From assembly GCA_964199315.1 (NCBI GenBank), contig OZ116708.1, positions 21,328,001-21,392,000 of the forward strand: a stretch of 64,000 nucleotides of DNA, given 5' to 3'. The translations under genes were made by a program, and so were the position numbers. Below the pieces are notes generated by a model. The model was given only the letters and a program-made list of their open reading frames with translations, was not told the origin of the DNA and did not search any database. Below are positions 12,601 to 24,500 of this stretch, in pieces; position 1 is the stretch's first letter, and each line of letters begins with the position of its first letter. Source of the DNA: Orbicella franksi. Lineage: Eukaryota.

Positions 12601-15420
12601 TGCGAATTTAAACGTTTGTGCGTTTTGCAAACGGAGACAAATGTGGAATTAACACAACAGATAACCATCAGGCACAAAACACACCGTCAACATTCAATCC
12701 CGTCTCAAAACATGGGAAATTTCCGAGCTGAAAAAGAAGTGTTGCTTAATTACACAGATGTGCAATTAAGCAATACAAGATGTATTGCATAATTAGTTTG
12801 GAAAACAACAATTCAGTGCTATGATCCACAAGCAGAATCAATATGGCAAACAACAACCGCTCGGTTGCCTCGCATTGGATGTGAGTAACGAGGTATTTTA
12901 ATAACATCATACTTCCTCGTATTTTATATTTCTGAAAAAATAAATCAAAACAAGATTCCGATCTGGATGACATATTCGTTTCACTGAAAAAGAAAACCTT
13001 TTAAGTGCACTTTGTAACTGAACCACAAGCTACCTGTATTTTAAGCCGGCTTTTGCCAAAGAAGATTCCCGCTGACCTTGTTTCCCCCGGTTTCCATACC
13101 CGTATGGAGTTCTTAGACTATTTTGAGCCGTGTATCACGCCTACCAGTCAAACATTGTCAATTCTGTCTCGAATAAGTATCAACCACGAATCTATCGCGT
13201 GATTTTTCGAGGCACGTTTAGCAATGTTTCACTACTTATGCCTTCGCATAAAAAACGCCAAACATAAATGCAAACTTCATCGTAGACGTGTTTTGTTTTG
13301 ATTTTCCGGCGACTCCCTAAATAGCTTCCTTAAAGTTTTGCGCGTAGGCGCGGATGGTCTATTGTGAGGAAGCGTTTTGACCAAACTATGTCCGAGGCAA
13401 AATTAAAGTGGATTATGTTTTCTCTTCGTTAAATAAACTTTTCTCATCCGATATTTCCTTCCCAATGCGGGAAACACTGCTGTTATCTGTGAAGAATCAG
13501 ACCTACAACTGTGAAAAAGCCGCATATTAGTCTACAATTTTTGTACAAGAAGATTTAGTCATTAACGATAAGGCGTTTACAACCTTTAAATTTAATGTTC
13601 TGACGCACGCTTATTTTCGTGTTGAAAATGCCAAAAATCGCATGGATTCCACGCGATCTCCTTCCAAAACAAACCTAGTTTCAAAGACTCTGATTTCCGG
13701 AAATTCTTGTGTGATTTGAGACTAGCCTATCTATTGTCGACTTGTTCAAATCTCGAGGATTATCCTTGACAAGAATACGCCAGTAGAGAAAAAACAAGTT
13801 CTTCGACTGGCTAAGCATTGCTAATTGCAGCAAAGTGGGCTAAATTTGCCATTGGAAGTCGATACTAACTTGTCGGTAAACATTTATTTTTGTTCCGAAA
13901 ATTAGTTTTGGTCAACATACGAAGATAATGGGTTGTATTTTGTACTTTCTTTTCAGCTTAATTGCGGAACTTTGGCGGATTTGATTGTTACGCGGGTCTT
14001 ATTAAACGAAAAGCAATAAACTATGAGCTGTGACTCGCGTTTAGTGACTCTCTTTTTCCGCTACAGCATAAATTATCGCCTGCTCATTCAATACAGCTCT
14101 TGTTTATTTACCGAAAGAACCAATACTGACTTGCGCCTGAAGCGAAAAAGCGCTTGCGACCCTTTCTCTTGCGTGAAAGGTAATTGGGGCCATTGAAACG
14201 ATGCGTTTTGGCGAAACAAATGCACAGATTAAGCAATCGTCCCCTTTTGTGTGAGGTTAAAAGAAATTATTGTTCTCGCCTAAACATCAAACGGAATTGC
14301 CTGTATGCCGCGTTTAAAATATTTAAGCACGAAAACACGGCAAGAGTTAAGAGAACGTGGCTCATAAGTGATTTTAAGCACATGAGAAATTTCTAACAGA
14401 GGCCAGGAAAGTGTCTTTTTACTTCTACGCCTCAGCGCAGCTAGTCTCAGCTGCTTTCGGAGAGGAAAATATTAATGGAGACACTGAAATGGCCTCTAAG
14501 CGAATGCTGAAAAGATCGGTAACTTGTCTAATTGTGTCGGCGAGTTCTTTATGAATCTAAACTAGTTGAAGCAAATGATTATTAGCTGGAATTAACCAAA
14601 CACTGGCTAAATTAACCCATTGAGAAATGTTTCGCGTTAAATAGGACTTTTGTCTTGCCAAATAGTGTTTTTCCACAGCATGCCTATTTTAATCCCATTT
14701 TCTAGCCGGATTTTGGCGTTGCGACTGAATACAAACCATAGAAGCTTACCTCGGTTAAAACAAGATTACAAACGCGAATTTTCGAGCTTGTTATATGGCG
14801 TACGTGTCAGCGGTTTACACCGTCATTATTTTCAATTATCACTTTCACGGTTAGAGCTTCAAAAGGAACGGCGACTGCGCTAATAGATTCTAAAACACGT
14901 CAACTCTAAATTTAATGCTCACTATTTTGGAACGGCGAAAACTTCAACTCTTGATAGACCATTAGCAACAGCTGCACAAAAATTAAACCATTCTTTGTAA
15001 AATATCTCTACGGAACAATCGACCCACACAACAATGCCTCTAAAAAAATTCGCCTCTTTTAATGTCCTTAAAATTTGTTTTATTTTTCGGCGCTTCTTTT
15101 AGTAACTGTGATACCCTGTTTTTTCGTGAAGCTGCGCTTGCCCGTCATGCACGATTAAAACTTTCATTCTCACTGTACTGCAGTTAATCAACATAACAAT
15201 AGATCGCTGGTGTTTAAAGATTCAAACATCTCTGGGGAACACGTGGGTATAAAAGATTGCTTTTACGTGACCGAAATCGCAGAATTTCTGAGCGAAAATT
15301 GACTGTATGTCGCTGAAACCACCAGGTTTCAGTGTGACTTCTGTTGTGGTGTTTTGCGTTTTGATTTCGCGCCATATGCGGAAAAGCGGCTCGTTCGCCG
15401 GAAAAGAACATGTTGAATGA

Positions 15421-15436
15421 CCAATGAACCAATCAG
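15421..15436 (+). promoter_or_regulatory. Tandem CCAAT boxes about 150 bp upstream of the PDZRN start codon
   Basis: ccaatgaaccaatcag (CCAAT at 15421 and 15429) in a CpG-rich context. Confidence 0.45.
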
Positions 15437-15582
15437 CTCGGGCCATTCATCTGACAGCTATTGTCATTAACGTATTCCATTTTGACTCCGCCCATCTATT
15501 TTGTCGCAAAAGTTCAAAAGAGCCAAGCGTATCGAGTTATCTGGCATTTCTGTTGTTTCTTTTTACGGTCGATGGGCTGACT

Positions 15583-18500
15583 ATGGGTTTTGACGTGGAG
15601 AGGTTTTTGGAACCAGTGGACGACGATTTGAAATGCGGTATATGTTTTGGTGTTCTAGAGGAGCCCTTAGCAACCCCTTGTGGCCATGTATTCTGTGCGC
15701 AGTGTATTATTCAATGGACAGCCGAGAGCGGATCGTGTCCTCTCACATGCGAACAGATTTGTGTCGACGATCTAAAGAAAATACTACCATTGAGTAGTCT
15801 CATCGCGAAGCAAAATATTCGATGCGAGAATTTTCGTCGAGGTTGCCCGGCCATTTTACTGGTAGAGAATACTCAGTCACATCTTTTAAAATGCCGCTAC
15901 GCAAAGGGTTTTACATCCGGAGGTAAAATTATGGAACGTAACTCAAATTCCACGGAAAGTCGCGAATTCGCGAGAGTTGTAGTATGCGAGAGTGGCTGCG
16001 GCCTTCCGCTGCTCTACCAAGACTCCTCTACACATGACTGCATAAAGGCCCTTCAAATTCAGATCGCCTCGCTTCAGATGAAATTAACTAGGGCGGAGCA
16101 GGAAAAAGAGTTGGCCTGCGAGAGAATAGCGCGCAGAGAGGAGGCAAATCAGGACAGAATTTTAAATTTGGAGAATGAACTTCATAGCTACCAAGTTCAG
16201 GTGCTAAACTTCGAAAGGCAATTAAAAGAATACCGGTTACAAGTGGGTATATTTCAGAAGTACAATGATCCGCGCGCAGACCAGGTAGGTGATATTAGTC
16301 AAATCGGGTCAGTGTTTGGTTTATATTTTCCAATTGAGCGCACATCGTACGCACTGACATGTTTGATTTAGGGCATAAACCGCAGAATGGCTTGTACGTA
16401 CGAACGCGCAGTGATTTTACCAGATCAATACCCCGATCGTTTTGATCAATTAGTGAGCACTGTTGGAGTTATCGAAAATCGCTGGACACACTCCAGAGCG
16501 GCAAAGCTAGCCTCGGTGTAAATCAACAACCAGCGCTTCTATGCGCTGTGTTTTTAGAGAGCGGTACACGCGCGCGTTCCTAAAATGTCGATGTTTGACC
16601 CGAATCTTGGCGCATCGCGATTTAATCGGACAATGGATTGCGCCTCGGACTGTGAAAGATATTTCGGTCGAATGTAGCCATTACCACGACACCCGAATGT
16701 TTTCCTAGCCACGGTGAGCGACACTTTATTAAGTTGTAAGTAAACAGACACGGGTGAATATTATACGTTTTCTATGTGCTTTTGATTACATATGCCAGTC
16801 CGTTGACTTTTCTCTACTCCTGCAGGCCGCCGAAGAAATCGAAGTCGAAGTAACGCTGACGCGGGTAAACGGTGGATCGCTTGGCTTTAATATCATGGGG
16901 GGCACAGAGGTACGTAGAACATTTTAGAAGATCTATTCGTTATCCTAGACGGGCGTAATGTTCTAAATTGTCACTTATTCGAGAATTCCGTTCGCCTAGC
17001 GCAAACAAATCTAATTTTACGTTTGGTCTGGTATGTGACACTGGCCCAGTTCTTAGCGATACATCTAAGTGCTTTTTAATATTTTTTCGTCTGCTGTTGT
17101 GTTTTCTTTACAATGAAGTCGTGGCGCGGAAGCCTTCTTGCCCAGGCATGCGGTGTGAGATGCGTAAAAAGATTAGCGCCTACCTAAAACCTGATCAAAC
17201 TCTCATAATTTAGTTATCGCGTTTAACACAGTAACATGGAGCGCTCTCGTTTGCTGGCGAGTGACTGATGGACAGTGTCCCTTAGGAAAGCCCCCATTCA
17301 ATTCAACTGCTCTTTGTTTTGTTTTGTGTAGCCATTGAAAGAATGTACTCATAAACACGGCTGGATGCCAATGTTGTGAAATAAATAGCTGCACTTTTGT
17401 CTGTTTGAAATTTACTGCTACCCCCGGTCGCGCGAGTTCACTACGCGTATTGTTCAAACGCGCGGACATGTTAGAATCCAGTTACCAACATTCCTGCTTC
17501 TCGACTACGACTCTTTGTCCTGTGTGAGTTTGCGAACTCTAAACCTCTCCTTTATTCTCATTATCAGGTCGGAAGTAGTAATTCACTCGGTGGCGGGATT
17601 GTGGTTTCCAAGGTCGCAGACGGCGGCCCGGCCTCGAAGGAAGACGGTTTGAAAATACAAGACAAAATTTTGAAGGTAAGTGCGAGGAATTTTCTCGCAA
17701 ACACGCCTCCTTTCACTGCGCGCGTACTTCGAGATGAGCCTCGCCGACATCTTATTACATGACATGACACTGTGTTGATTTTTGATATCAAAGCAGCTCG
17801 CGTCCCCGAACCGCGAGATATTAAATCTACCCTTTGTCTCGTTAACCTGCTTTTCAAATTCACTATTGCACTCTGTTGTTCTTTTGTGCGACTAAACATT
17901 GCAGCAGAGTTCTTTCCAAAGAATTTATTGACCGAGAATTGATGGTAATTTAGCTTAGGGTGTTTGTAGATTTCCGACTGTCAACTTCGGATTAATAAAC
18001 TAACTAACAAAACCAGATGCTTCCGCTATAGAAGAACAGCCTCTCTTAGTAGCTTTATATACCCCTTGTAAACAAATTTGGCTTTTAACTTAAGCTTTAT
18101 TCAGAACATGTTATCTTAACCGAACTGGATTTCCCGGCTTATGCGTTCATACCCAAAAGGAAAACCTGCAGCACACGGCATTTTTAATTCCTTGCCAAGA
18201 TCACATCCCCGTGGCGAATCGAATTGAAAACTCGAAAGGATTTCTTTAGAACGACTTTTTGTTTATTTTTTACGGGTTGTTTTGCGTTTGAATTTCAATG
18301 AGCACTCGCCGCGTGGTCCATGTATAATTCACGGCCTTTCACTGTTGAATTATTGTGGTATTTGTCTGGCAAAGAGCTTTTACCACAGTAGGAAAACAAG
18401 ATGTCTTCGCTACGTAGACCTCATGCAAACATCAATCTCTTACACTCAGCTGGAAGTCACTGTCCTGTCACGCGACCTTCCAGCATTTGCGAGTCCTTAC

Positions 18501-21500
18501 TGCGATAAGAAAAGCACAAATTCCAATTTGGTTCTGTGTGTTTTTCGCCCACCTGCGCAACCCAAATGAATTACACAAAACCAAGGACATATTATGTGGG
18601 TATGCTTTGGTTCCTCGCAGCGCTTCACAAAAGGCGTTTATCGGAAATTGATCTGTCAGGCGAACAATATAAAAGTATATTTTGGCTTGCAATATATTAG
18701 TCCAGGATCGATAACAATAGAAGATAAACTGCTTTGGCAGCCATAGGCGAGACTTCAGTTTGCGATTTGTGGCAGGCGTACGCGAAGCGATGTTTAATTC
18801 ATTTCTGTCAGTCTTTTTTCGCTGTCTCGATCGGAAAACTGCCTTCGACGCACACAGCCGGTTTGATCACAGATCGAAATCCTTCAGATTGTCAACTTTT
18901 TTGGTTTAAGGTCAAAAAGAGAACTGTAATGGATTAATTTTTTAGATTTCAAGCACACAAGCACTTCAACGCAATGCTCGCATCGCTTAATATTTCCCCC
19001 GTACCTTTCATCTGGAAGAAACGTCTGTTCTTGCTCAGCAACACATAAGTGAGTGCACTTTCTTAAATTTCACGAAATCTCGTTTAGAAATCAGTATGCT
19101 TTCGCGCTATGGAATCTCAAACATCCAACTTGTATAAAAAAAAAACAGAAAGCGTGAATTCGCAGACTTATCTATCTGTGGTATCGCTGCGTTCTCCTTA
19201 CGAACAAAATCTATAGAAGAACAATGTTTTATTACTCAAAAATGTTTCAACTTTCCCGCAATAAATACAATTCCAACAAACCGACATAGGACAATTTGAG
19301 TGCTGTCATTTCATATCTTTCAGTAAAATATATCGAGCTTCAAATATCTATCATCGCTCGCTTTTTCTATTGAATAGACTTCCTGCGAGTCTGTGAAGGC
19401 CTTCTTATGTTATGATAGGCATTACAGAAACACACAGTGTAAATATTTTTCGCTGAATTAGTAGCGTTGCGCGGTAGATATAACAATTCTTGGTTATCGC
19501 TGACCTTTTGAAATTAACTCCGTGCTTTTGATATATCGCCGGTTATAAATCTTAGATCAATACTAAAAACGTCAATATACACTGCAACAATCAAAGACTG
19601 AAAGAGCCCGTTTAATACTACAAAAGTATTCTGTTTATAGCCTTATCAGGATATATTGCTTTCGCGCTAAAAGAGCTTTTTGGACGCCGAATTCATGGCT
19701 ACAAGAAGTCTAGCCAAGTAATAGTCTGTGTTTCTTTTTTGGTATAATTCTTAATTTTTCGGTGATTTTTGTGCTTTGTGAAGATATTGAATCAGCGCGA
19801 ACTCTAGAAAACCCATTTCCTTAGGTCTTACTTCAAAACAATTATCAAAAGTCATCAAAGATTTTCCGTCAGAAAAAAGATTAATCATCTCTTCATTTGA
19901 CAAGTGTATTTAAGGGTTTCGAGCGAAATTTGAATATGTTTTTTTTGTTGGTAACATTTTGAATCGAGTTGTGAATTTTTTATGAGCAGCGACTGTTTCC
20001 AACTGTAATACACCGTTAATCCCTTAAGTTTATCAAATGAATTGTTGTTACATGCTTTGTGCGAAAAAATATCGCTGCATTTGTTTATAGTTTCTCTGTG
20101 TGATTTCGCGTTGAAGATTAAAGTCGGCGAAAACTTAGCGGTGCGTTGACGAAAGATATTTGACTTCGCTTGAAACGTTCAACTTGTTTTCTTTAATCAC
20201 AAGCTTTATTACCATCGAATACACGTGAAAGAGAATTAAAAGCGGCCGAATGGAAGAATATTTACTGTATCATTTCGGAAAAAGAAAAGATTATAATAAA
20301 TTGAACTGCGATTATATTCAGCCCTGTACGATATAACTTTTGTTTTTGAGAGATTTTATGTTAGATGTTTTTTATACTGGGAGTAATTTTAAATTTCCTG
20401 CTGTTCGCGAAAAAAGGTGACTTGTACAAATATTACGTGGTTTTAGCACAAAACAAAGGAAACTGTTAGATCATTGGACTCTGATGTGATTTAACTTACA
20501 AAGAGGATTTTGATAAATTCAAATGTATTATGAAAAAGACCGTCAGACAACACAGGGTAATGTCAAATCGAAAAGGCAAATAAACAGACTAAAATTGAAA
20601 AGTTTGGCGAAAACACTGCACTAAATCATGTATTAATGATGTGATACCTACGTGTAGAATTGATAAACCTAAAAATGAAGTCAAATCAACTAGGGAGTTT
20701 ACAAATGTGGAACTAACAACACGTTAGTTCTTGAAATTGTGACTAATGCCCATTTCTTTTGCAACGATTTGACAACAGACCATCTTGTTATAGAAACCAG
20801 AGAAAGGAATACTACAGCCTTTTAATTTACAATGGCTTGCACTTTCGCTGTAATTTTAGAGCGATGAAAAACGTATGGTCATTAAGTGATTAGAAACGAA
20901 AATCACTTTGTCGGACGAAGCAATACAAAACGGCGACATTTAAGGATGTATAAGTGTCTTTGCTAACGAATAATTCGTTCCCTGACAGTAAATTACTTAA
21001 AGTGAGTTGGCAGACAAGCGATTAAAGATTGTCACAAAAAACGTGTTAATTTTACGATGGAACAATTCGTTAACAAGCAACTAAAAGTCCGGTGTCGATT
21101 CCGTGGTCATTTTTGATTCATAATTCATTCCCGCAGTTATGATTTTAAAAGGCAGAAGTTGTTAAATTTTCAACTAAGTGTGCTAAATTGGATTTTAAAG
21201 AACGGACAACAGAGCCATTTTATATTATTTATGTCGACGGTCTGCAGGTGTTTGTCTCTGTAAATACGTTAATGAACCTCGAAAAAAAACGAAACATTTT
21301 AGCGTCCCTGTCGCGTCCGCTGTTTCGTTTCAATTTTTAGCAGCGTTGAAATAGAAAATATCCTCATAAAACCAGCTTTAAAAGTGTTTTTACGAACCAA
21401 TACTAAAACTGTAAACTGCTACTATATGTATTTCAAAGACCGCGAAAACTGAGGTAAAAAATTCCGAACACGAACTTGTTTGTTGTTTGCTATTTGTTTT

Positions 21501-24500
21501 ACAACTCTAATGACAACTTCTCTACAAAATGGTTTTCTCGCCTCCTTTAAATATACTTCAAGTTTCTGCAAATGTTGTTTTGCAAGGGATATTTGAGGCG
21601 TGCAAAAAAATACTGTGTTGTGCGCAGTTTCTCGTTAGCGTGGAATAAATTTGACTTATTCAACATATGGCGAAGCGAGCTACGAATCGTATTTATTAGT
21701 GTCATCGAATTTCAATGCCATTTTGCTACCTTCATGATAAATATTTAAAACATATTAATAAATAGAGAAACGTGGCAGATTTTTGGCTCGTCATGGACCA
21801 TACTTAAACACAGAAAACTTCTGTTGCAACTGAATGTTTCCACCATGTTTCAATATAAGCATTTCATACAATCACATATTCTTTTCCGAAAAGTTCCGTT
21901 CTTTTTTCGCATATATGCAAAAATATTAATTAGGGTAGGAAGCGTGCATTAGCGAGAGATCCTAATTTTCAAAATTAGAAGACAAAATATTGACATAAAT
22001 CCGACTCTATCCGCTTTCTCGCTCTTGTTAGTGGTCGATGAGGAAATATCCTTTTCAAAATAAAATTTCAAATGTCACGGAAAGGTCTTATTTGCATGGT
22101 CAGAATATATCCGTTTGAAGATTCTGGTAGGCGCGGAGATAAACAGAAAATTGGTCTGTTCCGTTCTGGTAAGCGAATTTAAATCCAACTTGAACCAATA
22201 CCATTTAAAATTGAGGTACATTTTGCATTTCATTCGTTCAAAACAACCCAGAATTCCGAATATTAGTTCTAATGATTTTTACTTTACCAAGTCTGCTCAA
22301 TATCTTGTTGTTTTCGTGTGAAAGAAGCCATATTTTTGTCCATATATCACTTTAATTATTTTATTCATTGTTTCATATCTATAAGATTTGTTGCTTTTTT
22401 CCACATGTTCTACTAATCTTGTCACTTTGCACACAAAGTCTCTAAAAATCAATTTGTGAACATCCTCAAACCGTTTTCGCGATTTCCTCTAGTCCTGAGC
22501 AATTTTGAAAGGTTATTTAGGTTATCAGTGAAGATATTGGCTTCAACAAAAAGCCGGAATATTTTACGATAACAGGAAAGTGCATAACATTTCCAAGCAA
22601 AAGTTAAAGTTGTCGTGCTCGCGGTCGACTTCCCAGAAACTTCGTTTCCCTACCACTCCTTGGCCAGAAGCGCAATTATACTTCCCTTGGCTAAAATTTT
22701 AGACCATACAGATAATAACATTTTGTGGCGCAATATTTTCTAACGCCATCTCTTCACTGATTTACCGCTTCCCTGATTTATATATCTGAGTGTACCGAAG
22801 TACCGAGCGAGTTTGTCTCGAAATTGCGATCCGTGATATGCAATTTGGGTACGTTAAGCCTCGTTAATGTTTATGTAAACACAGAGGTTATAATATTTCT
22901 GTACTTTAAACAAAACCAGTTGAGCTAGCTGTCGCTCCCTCGAGTTTAGCAAAAGTACTTGTTCGTTTTTGAACGCTCGGGTTATTCTTAGCGGCTTAAC
23001 ATATGATTGTCTGAGAAAAGGGTTTGGAAGGAAAACATTGTGAAGATAACGTAATGGCGATAAGCTCCACCTGAAGCTCTTCTGGTGAAAGTTTTCCCAT
23101 CAGCTAGGGCTTATCGGTTGTACATTCTTTTCATATTAAAAAGCCGTTGTCACGGTGTTTCTATACTGATACGAACAACATGTGGAAAATGTTTGCCTTT
23201 ATCGTACTCTACTGATCAAAACACGAACTCGGAGAGGAGAAAATAGTATTCTATTTGCGAGTAAAAGGCAATGCCTATTTGCAAAGCAATAGGACCGCGT
23301 ACACAGTCCGTTCTTCAACCGCAGCTGGAAAAGCGATATTGAAACAAAACGTAATCAAGAAAACAAAAATCCCTTATTAACGAGACGGGTTTTTGTTTCT
23401 TCAGGGACAGTGTTTGCATCACAGCATCTGTTCGGATTTTGAGAGCTTCGTGGGAAATTGCGACCCACTCAGGATGTGGTTTTTGAGTAATGAACGTAAT
23501 TAACTGAAATACTGTCGATATTTTCTTTCCATGTAACGAGCGTTTCCTTATTCAACGCGCTCTAATTGCTCTAAACTTCGCATATTATCGCTCCATTCTC
23601 CGCTAACGTTTGGTTTTAGAGCCCAATGAGGTTTTCAAATGTCTAAGCAAGGTTTTTGACTTAGTAAAATCCCAAATGGGATTCCAATAAAGTTGTCTGC
23701 TTGTACAGAAGTTTACTCGATGTTGTTCTCTGTCCAGACGCGACTTGGCAAACTCTTGCATTGTCTAAACCACCACCTCAGCAAGTGATTAACATGTGTT
23801 ATCAGAGAGTACAGAAAATCTAATTTTCAAAATGTGCTTTCAACATGAAGCTTTGATGTGAGTAGTAATTAGTTCAATCTTCCTCGGGGCAACAGTGGTT
23901 GATATGGAGGAAGTCAGCAAACATTTCCGATAACTCGACAACAAATAGTTCTTTTTATATTTGTCTCTCAATCAGTGAATAAACACAATTGTGAATCACG
24001 TTTGTCAACAATTTTGAATTGCGGGTAGCGATTTCATGTAACAGCAATCGACTTGTCCATCACAAGTTGACATTCTGCGGTTGTCACTAGGTGGCAATTG
24101 ATGGACATTTTAATGTGTCCTCAATGAAATACACATTAGACAAATCGTAAATCCTTCTGTCAGTATTGTTTTCATGTAATTGGTATCGACTTGTCCGTCA
24201 CAGGTGGGAGGTTCGCGACTGTCATTACTTGGCATCGGATGGACACTGTAATGTTCTTTAAATGACGTGGTCCAAAATATGCCGTGCGGCAGTGACAAGG
24301 TGTCATTCTCAATGTTGTTTTAGCGTGAGAAAGCGACGCGCTGCAACTCATTACAATCAACGCTGAGAGCAAGCTATCTGTTAATCACGAAAGCAATAAG
24401 GAGTAGAGCTTTTTAACTGTGTTTCAAACGCAACTTTGTTTTTAAAAGGCCAGAGGGTAAGGAATTCCCCCTGGGCTTTTTAAAATTCAGTGTTCGGAGA

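Noticed and set aside
15424-15582. In-frame 53-aa hydrophobic N-terminal extension of PDZRN
   Set aside because: That ATG lies inside tandem CCAAT boxes (likely promoter), and family homology begins at MGFDVERF (15583).
19750-19910. Protein-like - strand frame (HLSNEEMINLFSDGKSLMTFDNCFEVRPKEMGFLEFALIQY...)
   Set aside because: About 52 codons, bounded by stops, with no convincing splice sites or homology; expected by chance.
22046-22054. ATATCCTTT U12-type donor-like motifs (also at 40786)
   Set aside because: No adjoining exon or U12 branch/acceptor, and both genes are fully explained by GT-AG introns.
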